Assembly (NCBI GenBank): GCA_002269645.1
Contig: NIVC01000891.1
Location: 124,001-188,000, forward strand
DNA: 64,000 bases
Reading direction: 5' to 3'
Source of the DNA: Macrostomum lignano
Taxonomy: Eukaryota
Shown here: piece by piece, positions 47,920-60,240 of the stretch
Layout of the letters: the number at the start of each line of letters is the position of its first letter
Position numbering within the stretch: the stretch's first letter is position 1
Notes under the pieces: model-generated
Database searches by the model: none
What the model was told of the DNA's origin: nothing
The model's input: only the letters and a program-made list of their open reading frames with translations
Translations under genes and position numbers: made by a program

Positions 47920-49423
47920 ATGAGTGAAGAAGAGGATTTTTCGTGGCTTAGAGAATTACTCGATATTGAGGATCCATTTGATACGTTCGATGGACTTGAT
48001 AGTACTACGGCCGATAGGGCCAACGAACTAGCCGAAAGGGCGAATGCAGCAGCCGAAATGGCTAACGCACCAGTCGAAGTGACAAGCACAACAGTCGAAA
48101 TAGACAGCGGATCGGCCGGCATGGCAAACACGGAAGCAACAGCCGACCACGGCAGCAACTGCAGAAGTTGACAATCGCAGTACGGTCCCAAAGCGGCCGC
48201 CCATCAATGATGGTCAAGAGCTGGAGGCGCCCGAGTGACAGCCGACGCAACCATCGAAGCCTGGAGGCCGGCTGCGATCTGTCGTAAAAAGGGTCGGCTC
48301 GCCAGTGCAAGCGCCCACACAGCCTAAGCGAGCAGCCCCTTCAAAGATTCCGGTGCCACAGGCAGCTGAGAATCGGGCTGCTATTTTGCGGCGACAGGCT
48401 GCGAAGGCACCAGAGGCGAGCGCCACGGCAATGGCTCGGCGTCCAACAGAGGCGCGCTCCACTACAATGATGCGGCTCGGCCCGGCTGTACAGCGGATTC
48501 TGCCGCGGACCCCGCTGCAAGAGCGACAGCCGACGCAGGCGACAGCACACTCAAGCCGCCAGCGGCAGCCTGCTCCGCGGAAGCGCCCGCAGCGTCGTCC
48601 GCCGCAGTCAGCGCCAACACAGCAGCTGCCGCCAGCTCAGCAGCTGTCGCAGCAGCCCCCGCAGCAGCTGACGCCAGCGCCGCAGCCACAGCAGTCGCCG
48701 TCACAGCAGCCGATGCCACCGCCGCCACCACCGCCACAGCCTCATCGCCAACAGCAGCAGCGGCGCCGTCAGCTGCCAGTGAAGCAGCCGCCGCAGCAAT
48801 CGACGCCAGTGCAGCAGCCGCCGCAGCAGCTGCCGCAGCCGATGCAAGTGCTGCAACCACCGCCAGTACCTCAGCCTCCGCCGCCGCCAGCGCAGCCGAT
48901 ACAGCCGCAGCAGCCGTCGCCAGCGCCACAGTCACAGCAACCACCGCAGCCGATATTAACGGTGCCTCCATCATCAAACGCTGCTTGCGGCATGGACGCG
49001 AACCAGACGCAATTTCAAGTTCAACCACAATCGAGCCAGTTCCCTCGTCCGGCTGATGTCAATGACTTCGGTGCCAACTTGAGCCGGGCTCTGGCTGAAA
49101 TACCCGAAGGCCGCCATGCACACTTTAAGCGAATGATAGCCCTCATCAAGGCTTATTTGATGTGAATTGCCAACGTGCGTCTTGACCGCGCTCTGCCGCA
49201 ACGGGCGCATATTCGGCCAGTACTACAGATGTTGATGAGCAGCTACACGCCCGAGCAAGCAATTGCGGCATGGCGACGAGCGGTCGCCTACACTCTCCAC
49301 GCGCTTCAGCAGGCGGGCCACCCGTACTACGGGATCCTCCTGCGTATCGAAGTACGCTGGATGGGAGATCTTCTCGGCTGGACGGACGAGCGTGGGCTAC
49401 CAGAGGAGTTTAATATGAACTAA
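47920..49423 (+). pseudogene. Decayed accessory ORF3 of the gypsy element (about 500 aa if repaired), function unknown
   Basis: An 83-aa acidic ORF joins the next frame with one indel near 48140. That frame runs to 49423 with only two in-frame TGA codons (48236, 49163). Confidence 0.6.
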
Positions 49424-49832
49424 TACAGGTGACTTTGCCAAATATTAACATTTGCAATATAATTCTGCTTCTGCAATCTACCGTAAAATTTTTACAAATT
49501 AGTAGTGTGTGTTCATCCTTTAATAAAATTGCTTAGCCTTCTGCTTATTCATATATTTGCTGGCATTTGTGCTCCATTTTTTATTGTGCTACCTATAAAA
49601 TTGCTTATCCAATTACTACTGTCTAACTTTGTGTTTTTGCTTACTCATTAAAACCACTTCACATTTGTTTTATCATCTACACCGTTTTATTCATTATAAC
49701 TGTTTGAACTTTGTGCGTGCATCCATATTTAGTTCACACTTTCCGTATTTAGTTTATGACTGTCACATTTTCTGTGCACCTAATTTTCGCGCTTTTATAT
49801 TCCATTAATACTCACATTATGTTGCATTTTTT

Positions 49833-50590
49833 TGTTAGGCGTGCGTTATAGACTACTCATTGTATCAAATAGAATAATTTTCTCACTTTTTATTTTTCTT
49901 CCATTCGAAAATTATCCTTAGGGAAGCCAGTTGAGAGAGGCCAAGTTTTAAATTCCCGCCTTTACTATGGAAACGTATATTTTTAGAACTTTGTTTAAAC
50001 GCGTCTTGTTCCCCACCCCAATTTTAGTATAAATAGAAGCGAATTTTGTGCCCAGAGAGGCAACCGAAGTTTTAGATCTTTTGGTTCATAGGCAAATTGC
50101 CTATAAAATTGAAGAAGCGTTCCAAACCTTCCTTCATTTGCTAAAAACTAAGAGCGAATGCTCATTGGACTAGAGGTAGAAATTACCAAGAGCAAGAGAC
50201 GAATTGTCGAAGAGCCAATAGCGTACTAGCAAAGAGCAGGGGCGTAATCAGCCAATAGAAAGAGGAGGAATATCCAAATAAACTGTTCGAACTGAACAAC
50301 CAATGGAAAGTCGTATATGACAAAAGAAAATCCGTAAGAGGAAATTGAAACTCACCAGGCAAACTCGATCCATTGGAGGACGCTGCTTTAGGACTTAATC
50401 ACCCCCCCCTCCCCCTAGCTGAACAGTGTCTTGCCGCTCGGGCACTGCGCGCTACCAGGGCAATCCGTGCTTACGTGAAAGCCCATAGCCTTGCCTCAGT
50501 AACACCGTATTTTAATAGTTCATAACGAATCCAATAAGCTAATATAATAAAATTCTAGAATTACAGCCAAACCCCCCCCCCCCTACAACA
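49833..50590 (+). mobile_element. LTR-like segment
   Basis: Starts TGTTAG, has GTATAAATAG near 50030 and several CCAAT boxes, and ends GTAACA (50504) or ACAACA (50590) followed by PBS-like motifs. No clear PPT. Confidence 0.4.
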
Positions 50591-50929
50591 ACTTGGGTGC
50601 ATCGGTGGGATAGTTTATAATAATTAAATCCACCTCCCACAACTTGGTGATTGTGGTGGGATTTAGAGAATAATAAAGGTGCCCTACAATAATAAATAAA
50701 AAAACCCCTAAAGCTAATTGATGGCATCTAATGAAAAAAGCAAAATATAAGAGCCCCATTAAAACATTGGTGACCATTTTGGATAAAAGTACAACACTTA
50801 AAAATAGTTTTATCAAAATATAAAAATAAATTTAACTTAGATTAGAATAATATTGTAAATAATAATCTTCTGATTCTATGCTATAATAAACAAAGCCATA
50901 GCAACAATAGGCTTAAGCCTAGTGTATTG

Positions 50930-51744
50930 TCTTGGCTAAAAGCATAAAAATATATAGGCCTATGCATATGTCCTGACTAAATATAATTATAAATTTTATT
51001 ACTTGATAATTAGGTCAAAGCATCATGCAATATATGTACATAATTAAAAGTTATTGCCTGAACTAAAGTGTAATGGGTACCTGGTATTACTATATAGTCT
51101 ACAAGCTAAAATGTTAACAATTCAAAAACTTTTTAGTAGGCTAATGCACAGAGAATTGATGTTCATCATGAATTCAAGCTTCACACACAAAAATGAATCT
51201 ATTACTTTGATTTAAAGACAGTGTAGATTTTGTAGATTTAATAACTTAGTCATAATCATTGACTAGCTGTGCTATGAGTCAAGATGATCATCATAACAGG
51301 AAGCAGGAAGTATGACACATAGTGCTCAAGCCATCAGTTACCCTATACCCTACTATCTAAATGCAGACAAATTTGGTTTAACTAGAAGGGGTAATATGCA
51401 CTCTATCACTCTGCAGAATGTGTCTACACTCGTAGTGCATCATTTAATGTGCTTTAGTAGCTACAATAGTAGCAATTTAAATTCTTGTTTGGACTATTTT
51501 TTTATTTAATTGACAATTTCATCAAATAGTCATTCATAGAAATTGGGAGTATTTTAAGGTTTTTCCTTATATTAGCATCAGCTATTTATTAGGCCCTAGA
51601 GTGAATAGAATAGAATTGTATAGGTCTAATGGTTTGGTATCTTGGCTAAAAGCATAAAAATATATAGGCCTACACCTATGTCTTGACTAAATATAATTAT
51701 AAATTTTATTACTTGATAATTAGGTCAAAGCATCATGCAATATA
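50930..51744. repeat. 105-bp direct repeat (50930..51034 and 51640..51744)
   Basis: TCTTGGCTAAAAGC...CATCATGCAATATA occurs twice with few mismatches. Confidence 0.85.
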
Positions 51745-54715
51745 GCTCAAACTTCTAGGCCCTAATATTAGAGAAAAGAGCATTGGATAGGCCTATAGCC
51801 TAGGGTTAGGATTAGAACATAATTTGGCATTATATTTATCATTGCTTTTAGAATATTCTCATTCCTAGCAACACTTAATCCTAGACTTATTAGGTATATC
51901 CATTGTTCTTTTTTGGAATTTAAAAGGTAAGAACATATAGAAAGTAATTGCAATCAGGTAAAAATAATGGTCTAGAAAGTCAGGAAAGTAAGTCTATAAG
52001 AAAATTGAAGAATTTGTTAAGATAAAAAGAGGATATTTAATGGATATTATAAAAAATTGTTATAAAAAGATATATGTTGAACTATCAACTTGTTTAGTTA
52101 GAGATATTTTCTATAATTGTTTATATGATATGAAAGATTTTTTATTTTGACTTTAGAGGAATTAAAGGAAAGTTGAAATTTTATAACTGATTAGATAAAG
52201 ATAAGTTAGATAACTATATTGAATAAAGAAACATTACTTGAGCCTAAAGCTTATATATAGCCTCATACTTATTCATAACATGAATACTGTTTCTTAGGCA
52301 AAATATCAATGTGTTCTGTTTTATTCAACTTAAATTAACACATCTATCAATATTTATATTAGTTGCTACATTAGCAAACTTCTATGCCAAAATCCATATG
52401 CATTTTTGGTTTATTTTTAAAAGATAATAACAAGATAAATGATGATAATTTATAATATATTTCAGCAATTGCAATGAAGAAATGACTTTTATATTACCAT
52501 GTCAAATGACTGCATGGAGAAGGCTCATATAGTATTTGTTTAAAAAACCAAATGGAGACCCAAACAGTTCCCTGCATTGCAATGCCTAAAGTGTTTCTAC
52601 TGGAGCCAATTCTGACTGGAACGAAGAACTACATAGCCCCTCATCAACACCAAACCCTAAGCCAATGACTGCTACATGGAAAATGCCATTGAACCCTGAG
52701 AGTTTTAAGTCATGTGAAGAGCACTTTTGCAATAAGGCTGTATTTGGTGCACTTCAATGAAGGCTCAATTCTACTGTTACACATGTTTTGCTCATTTCTG
52801 CTTGGCATGCAAGGAGATTTGTCATGGACAGTTCCTTGCATATTGATTCTTAGAGTGGAATGTTGAGTTTTATAAGCATTTTTCAAATAATTATAAGTAC
52901 ACATTTACTCTTCAAACATACACTGTTAGAAGCCAGAGTTTTATGCAAATCAACTGTGTGGAACACATTGACCTTCAATATTGCTTCATTAAAAGAATAA
53001 ATCTATGATCTAATACAAAACCACAGGATAAAAAAATCTAAACTCTTTCTGCTTTGTTCTAGGGATCCATGTATCAACCAAAAGAAGAAATTATTGGAGC
53101 AAAATGAGATATTGCCAGTCAGTACAAGGAAACACAGTTGCTTTTGATTTGTCTGCTTTTCTAATTGGCAAATATGATGGTGACTGGTGAGTTGTAATTT
53201 TTATAGCTTGAAGATTAGGTCTTGTATATGAAGTATCAGTATATAAGAAGAAGCTATTTGTTTAGCTTTTGCAAGCCTAGCACATTTAAATTTCCCACTT
53301 AGCCAAAAGTGTACTTTTGCAAGGTAGAAAACATATGTTGAGCATAAAAATTATGATAAAAGTGATAATAGAAGCAATCTTTAAGTTGTAAAAAACAGAT
53401 ACAAGTAATTTAGTTGAATGTATAAAATAGAACCATATACACAAAGAAGGGCTTTGCATAGTAGCTAGCAGAAAACCATTTTTGTTGTTCTCACTCCTAT
53501 TTAGATTCCTATCACATTCTAAATCCTAGGATTCAATCGGGCCTAAATCCCTGGATTACAATGATCAAGGATTCAAAAATCTTGGGATCAACCATTGGGA
53601 TCTCAACCCTGCTTTGCAATAGTTCCATTATTTATTTTCAAGTAGTACATGTAGTATCTACAAGTGAGATACTTGTTAGGTGAAAATCATAACCCAGTTT
53701 TCCTGCTTTGATTTATTAATTTTTTTATCATATAGGCTTGTAAGTAGAAGGCTAGGGCTACAGGGATACAAAATAGAAGCTGTTAGCAGATCATAAGGAG
53801 ATTTAAGGTGTAATAATGTAGAACTACTTTAATCAGTCTATACATGAAAAACTCCTGGGTAATAATTGGGATTAGAATAGTGGGACCTTGCTATCAGACC
53901 ATAACCAAAGCTACCAATTCTCTATCTAGGGCAAATGCCCCTGGGAAAGTGATGCCTAATCTTTTTCTACCCTATATCATGCCATATAGCTCATAAACTA
54001 AAATTTCCTAGGTTATATCATAATCAAGTTTGATTTTACTGAGCTGATAGTGGCGTATAAAAGTATATCTATTATGCCAGCCTGTACATAACACACTAAT
54101 TCAGAGCCCATTGTCAGTTTCTTATTTGCAAATCCTTTATGGCTTCTTAAACCAAAATTGCTCTAATAGAGATTACCAATTGATAAAGATCATGGGATTG
54201 GCAAAACTTGGGATTTTATATTCCTAGATCCCATTCCACAACAGTTTTTATCTAATGTGCCTAAGCCTAATGCTTTTAGTGTTTAGCCCTTTTACTTTGC
54301 TGTTTCTGATCAATCAACATTCTGAGTCATAAGACTTGAACTACTGTGGCACTATAACCAAAATCACTAAAATGCCATTAGCTAAAAGAATAGAGACAGC
54401 ACCAAGAGGAACTGAAGGAGGCAGCCAAGAAAATTAATTAGGAAATTAATTGATTGGTCTTGCCCTTGCAATTTTCATTTATTTTGAATATTTAATAAAT
54501 AAATTGAAAGTGTAGTACAGTTGCATAATGTTTAGAATCAGCATTTTTAAACTTTGGTTGCTTCTAACACAGAATTGAATTATTGGCCTGGTTGTCACAA
54601 ATTGACATAATAGCAGGTTAGGGTGCCCTTAGATTTACAAAAAATGTATTGTAGTAGCGGTACCTTATTTCTAGGAATTATTGTTTTTGAACTAGCGCGA
54701 AAATTAATATTCTTT

Positions 54716-55192
54716 TGTTATAATATGCAAAATATTCTCAAGTTGTAAGAGTTTGTTTTAAATATACGCGATTGATTAGTATAAATAGGAGAGAGCCGAA
54801 GGGTAGGAAAATTAACACTCGTTCGATAGCTATAAGCTCAAAACGTTGTTCAATACTTATTCTCAGATCATTGCTTATTTTAAAGAGGTATTGAGAGTTG
54901 GGAATCAGGGATTCATGCAAAGAAAGTACTAAGAGTGATCGCTGTGACCCTCTAATCTCGGTAACGCCCAGACTGGAGAGAGAAAGTACATATACCAGTA
55001 AGACCGCTCAGGCCACATACTAAGAACGCTACCAGACTAATATACTAAGAACGCTACCAGGCTAATATACTAAGAACGCTACCAGTATATCTAAATGAAA
55101 TTCTAAGAAACAGTTAGAGATACCAAAGGCAGAATTTAGTATCAGCAGAGGAAATTGAAAACCTGTAACAACTTGGTGGCAGCTTGTAGGAT
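54716..55192 (+). mobile_element. LTR (TGTTA...TAACA, 54716..55170) followed by a tRNA-Leu-type PBS
   Basis: Terminal inverted pentamers, GTATAAATAGG, internal ~24-bp repeats, then ACT TGGTGGCAGC. Confidence 0.6.
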
Positions 55193-55321
55193 ATTTAATA
55201 AACACTAGCATCAATAGTTAGAAATTTAGAAAGACAGAGCCAGAAGGCCTATCACAGCTAGTGTCAGCAGTGGGATTGTTCATAAAGACAGGGGAATAAC
55301 ACCTGTCACAGTATATGCAAT

Positions 55322-56087
55322 CAGTGGTATGATTGGCAAGGGGCCATTTTTTTCGCACCTCACATAAAAATTCGCGCCATTGTTTACTAGTTTAAATAAC
55401 ATGCTAACTACATATATGCACATGTAGAAAACCCATATTTTTATGGTTTTTGCTTCTTTTTTCCAGCACTAAGGATCAATCCTTGCTGTGGCAGTACTTT
55501 ACCACTCATAAAAGTTTGGCCTGCACAACTAAAAAGCGAGCAGCAAATGTCCTTGGACAAAAATGGGTGTCAAAACTTCATGGTATTTGATTTCTAAACT
55601 TTTTTGAAGAACATTCTGGGGCAGGCAATGGCTATTCCTAACTTCCTGCTCAACAGCCTTCCATTTCAGCACTTGCTCAGCAATTCTTTCAGCTTCCTTG
55701 AATTTCTTCTGCTGGAGCTTGCATTTCTCCTGTCAAAGCTGTTCCAACTCTTGATCCTTCTCCTTGTTACGAGTCAGCTCCAGCAGCAGTTGTTGGAGCT
55801 CTCTTCAGTCTGCTTCCGTTTTGACTGGATCTCGTCTTCTTTCATTTTCAGCTGCTGCTCCAGATCCAATTTGCATGTATTATACACCATAACATCAAGT
55901 TTAAATTTGAATAAAGCGTGCGTGAATAGACTAGGCCTAAACGTGATCAGTTTATCAGTAAAAAATGAAAATTCGAAAATAGAAAAATCGCGCCTCTGCT
56001 TGACGAAAATTTGCGCCTGCCCTCAGAAATCGTGTATTCGCGCCTTTTTCGCGCCTGGCACGAATTCGCGCCTCAATCACACCACTG
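55322..56087. mobile_element. Non-autonomous hAT element, 14-bp TIR, 8-bp TSD TATGCAAT
   Basis: TATGCAAT|CAGTGGTATGATTG...CAATCACACCACTG|TATGCAAT (13/14 TIR match), with TTCGCGCC subterminal repeats. Confidence 0.9.
55600..55875 (-). pseudogene. Coiled-coil coding fragment inside the hAT element (one frameshift, one stop)
   Basis: LDLEQQLKMKEDEIQSKRKQTE / ELQQLLLELTRNKEKDQELEQL*QEKCKLQQKKFKEAERIAEQVLKWKAVEQEVRN. Confidence 0.6.
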
Positions 56088-57989
56088 TATGCAATGTCCT
56101 ACCAATAGCTTTCCTACTTGGAAATATGTTTCAACACTACTAATAGCAACATGCAAAGAAAATATAGTGGTTAAATAGAAGATATAATATAGAGCTATAT
56201 GATCAAACAGCAATACAATAATAGAAGACCTAATTTAATAGCTTGTAGCAGTCATTTTTACTAATTTGTAATTTATTTATAAATTCCTAAGACTTTATTC
56301 TATCAATAATGCATCTCTGCCCATAGACATAAAACCAATACTGTACCGATGCTAACTAATGTTAAAGCCCCCCTGCGCATCAAGTGACAAAATACACTCG
56401 CATTTCCACTGTTAATAAATTCTACTTGTAGTAGCAGCTACAAACTAGCTAAGTAAGCCATCAAGCTATATGATTAAAATTTTTTACTTAACTTAGACCA
56501 TTCAAATTTAAACCAATGACTAAAAAGTTGCTATATGGGATTATGGGATTAAAGAATATGGATGTAGTACTTAATTAGATGCCGAGGCATTTAGGCCTGA
56601 TAAGACGTCATAGTTACTCTACTCTAGAATAGAGTGGGTATAAAGAAAATGGGTAGTGAATGTTCAATCTGGTCTAGCTTGGATGTTGTTATATGTAATA
56701 TAAATTCCAAGAGTCACTGTCAAAATTTGTCAAACCTGATGCATCACCTACTTAAACATTTGCATTAACATGGCATTCTACATGTACCATTATTTTACTA
56801 CTTGAAGTTTTAATGCAATGCTATATTTTATGAAGTCTGTGAGCTGTATTTATTCATTATTATTATGACAATGGCAAGCTACATGTACCATTTTAAATAA
56901 TTTTAGTACTTAAATTTTTACTGCAATACTAGGCCTACTACAATGCATTGCTACGCACTCAAATTCACCCTCACCAAAACACTTCTATGAATTAGACTAA
57001 AATTTGTATATCAAACTTGGACAATATGTTGTACCCAATGGATGAAATGCCATACCCTTTAGACAAAATGTCTTATCCAAACAAAGAGACCTGGGCAAAA
57101 AAGTCTTTGGACAAAATGTCTTATTCCTCTTGTGTGCATGTTAGGATCAAATAATGCAACATGTAACACTACTATATGCAACACCATCAACATAGAATAT
57201 AAGGAATAAGGAACTTAGTCTAGACTCTAAGATTAAGACTTAAGAGTAGCAAAGAATGGGAATGCTCTAAAAGCAAAGATAAATATAATACCAAATTATG
57301 TTCCAATCCCAACCTTAGGCTACAGGCTTATCCAATGTTCTTTTCTATAATATTAGGCCTAGAAGTTTGTTGAGCTATTGAGCTACCTGGCCTAATCTTA
57401 CAATAATATAGTCATAGATAGTTACACCCCTGGGCCTAAACTTAATATAGACACTTGTAGTATACCTATATAGTATTCCTATTTGTATGGCCTCATTTTA
57501 ATCAGAAACACCAATGAACTCTATTAAAATTAGCTGAAAAGTAACAAAACATAGTACACACATTAGATTATGCTTTTGTGTTTTATGTGATTGAAAACTA
57601 TTGGAAACTTTTATTAGAACATTATTGGAGCACACTCATTTCAATTAAAAGCACCAGTTAACCTTATGAATATTACTTTTACATTGCTTTGCAATGTAAT
57701 TTTCTTGCCTTTCAGCCATCTGTTAGTGACTGCGACCAGCATGTGCTTAAGGCACTACAGGTTTTGTCTAAGTTGGTTGCTGTTTCTGTTTCTGATTTCT
57801 ACTCCGGCACTTCAAAATCAGTTTACTCTGCTCTGTTAAGCCAGTTAAATGTACTTTATCTAGGTAATTATAGTGAAAAAGATTTAAACTTCACTGTGAT
57901 ATTCAGCAAAATAGATGACAGTTGAAGAGCAACCTTTTTTTACTCAAGGGCCAAATGAAGTTTTCAGTTTAAAACCACAGTTTAAAACT

Positions 57990-58158
57990 TTCAGAATCTT
58001 CCCCTGGGTCTTTACCCTCCAGAATCTACCTTTGGGTCTTTACTTTCCAGAATCCGCTTTAGGTATTTACTTTCTAGAATTTGCCCCCTGGGTCTTTACC
58101 CTCCAGAATCTGCCCCTTGGGTCTTTATCCTTCAGAATCTGCCTCCTAGGTCTTTACT
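57990..58158. repeat. 27-29-bp minisatellite, 6 copies (CCAGAATCT..CCCTGGGTCTTTACCCT)
   Basis: AGAAT at 57993, 58021, 58049, 58076, 58105 and 58134. Confidence 0.85.
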
Positions 58159-59825
58159 ATAATACTACATTTGTACCTTCATTATTGGCCTGCCACCATC
58201 TCACTTTCCTTCAATTGTTATAGTTGGTAGGCCCTATGGAAATAGTATAGTTAAAATTGTTAAAAGCTACAAGAATAAACAAAAAAGTTTTTATTTTAGA
58301 ATATATTTTAACTAAATTGTCCTAATTAAATGTTTATAATATAATTTACTATTGCAATCTAAATTACTAATAAGAATACACCATAATAGTAGTATGGTGT
58401 AGGCCTATGGCGTAATAATAGTAATAATAATAGTATTAGAAATATATTACTAATTAAGCCTAAAAATAAATAAGAATTTGAAAAACGAAATGAAGAGAGA
58501 ATAATATTATAATTGAATTTAAAGGGATAACTCAAAAAGCATATTATTTTGTATCCTATAAAATTATTAATAACTTATTAAATTTAGCCATTGTATATTT
58601 TTATAGGCCTATATAGCCTATAGCCTATATGGCTGCCATGATTTAGGTTATTATATTAGTTAATTATACTGTGGGTATTATAGTGGTATAAAGGGTATTA
58701 TAGGCTTTAATTAATCTATATAGGCCTATAAAATTATACTTTTGTTCCTAATAGCTAAGTTTCCAACTAAGGAAAAGCTATCCATACCATGAATTATACT
58801 ATTTATATGATCTAATTGTCATTTCTACTACTAGGCCTATTTATATGCATAAAGCAAATATATCACTTTTGACTAAATATAGGCCCCTATTGTTATTTGT
58901 TTGTATAATCTTTTTATTTTCAAGTAGGCCCTACTAAGAATTTTAGATAGGCCTAGGCCTGCACTAGGAGGGCTGGCTAATGCATTAGGGGCCAATGACT
59001 AGCTATCTACCACAATCTACATATACAGTCAGAATTAGATAGGCCTATTGTGTTGATTGTTTATAGTGACTTATTGTATTTGTATAATAGAGTTCCACAT
59101 TAGCTAGAACTAGGCCTAAGCTAAGGCCTAAGCCATATTACTCCTAAAGCCTCTTTATATCGCCAGTTTAAAAAATAGAACCAGTTCCAAACCAGTTTGA
59201 CACTCTTCATGATGGTTAAAAAACAGAATCAGTTCCAGAACATGGTTCTGGTTCTAGAATATGGTTCAAGAAAGTTTCTCAAACTGTTGCCATGTTTACA
59301 TTTTAACAGTTAAAATATTTGAAATTGTCAATTTTTTATTAGGCCTATTGTTATATAATTATTCCTTTTTTCTCATATCCAAGAAATAGGCCTAAAGTCA
59401 AAGAACGACAAAATTAAATTGTAAAGACTATCAAACATAAAATGGGTTCGAAGCTCCTCATTTCACATAGGTTCTGGTTCTAAAACCGATTGCCATGAAG
59501 AGGCTCCTAGTCTTTCATTTTCCATTAGTTTTAGCAAAGGCCTACACTGACACAACTTATTAGGGCCTAGGCCCTGAACCGTAGGGTAATGGCTAGGGTT
59601 CCAGCACTGAAACCCATTTACTAATGGCTAAGGATCCGGCAGTCTTCTGCAGGCAGTTATCTATAGGCCTAAGGCTTTTCATATTGTGGCAGGCGAGATG
59701 CCACGAAGTATGATCTGAAAACTTACATTTTGAACTTATTGTGCATGCGGTATGCCCTTAACGTGGAATAACGGCACTCCCGTTGCGGTGTTTCTTTTCC
59801 GCCCGTTCCAGTTTTGTTTGTCACA

Positions 59826-60240
59826 TGTAACGGGGATTTGCTTATTATTATTTGTTTTTTTTAAGTGTTTTATGCCGCACCGCCTCTTGTCCTTTTGCGT
59901 ATTTTCTGCCCCCTGAAACATGTCCACCCCGTGTCCATGTTGCGTGGTCAATGTCCCTTTTTATATATATATCGCGATGAATTTTGCATGTCGGTTAGAA
60001 GTTGGGCGTTGTTTAGTTTTAATTTTTTAATTTTAGTATTTATTTTCTCTCCTGCTCTATGTTTATTTTACTTCTTCGTGGTTGGTTTTGCCCCCGATTT
60101 CATCTAAGTAGCGTCGTGATTAATATCTATCTTTGCTTATTCAGCCTGCTCTAATAAGACTTTAGAAATTTAATAAACTTAATAACTTCATTAACAACCA
60201 TTTATTCATTAATCCAAAGCCATAGTATTTTCTTGAGTCA
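59826..60240 (+). mobile_element. Possible solo LTR
   Basis: TGTAACGGGG start, TATATATA, AATAAA near 60171 and a CA end. No TSD. Confidence 0.25.

Larger units (their letters stand above)
42498..50590 (+). mobile_element. 5'-truncated Ty3/gypsy LTR retrotransposon (gag tail, pol, accessory ORF3, probable 3' LTR)
   Basis: Domain order is PR-RT-RH-IN. The 5' LTR and most of gag are absent; the right boundary is approximate. Confidence 0.85.

Noticed and set aside
52500-52990. Degenerate transposase-like coding patch
   Set aside because: All frames I examined are interrupted and no family motif could be identified.
55311-55335. Third PBS-like motif after TGTCACA
   Set aside because: It is explained by the hAT TSD and left TIR.
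57716-57863. Candidate 148-bp exon (TTTCAG...GTAATT)
   Set aside because: It is isolated, with no homology or neighbouring exons I can support.
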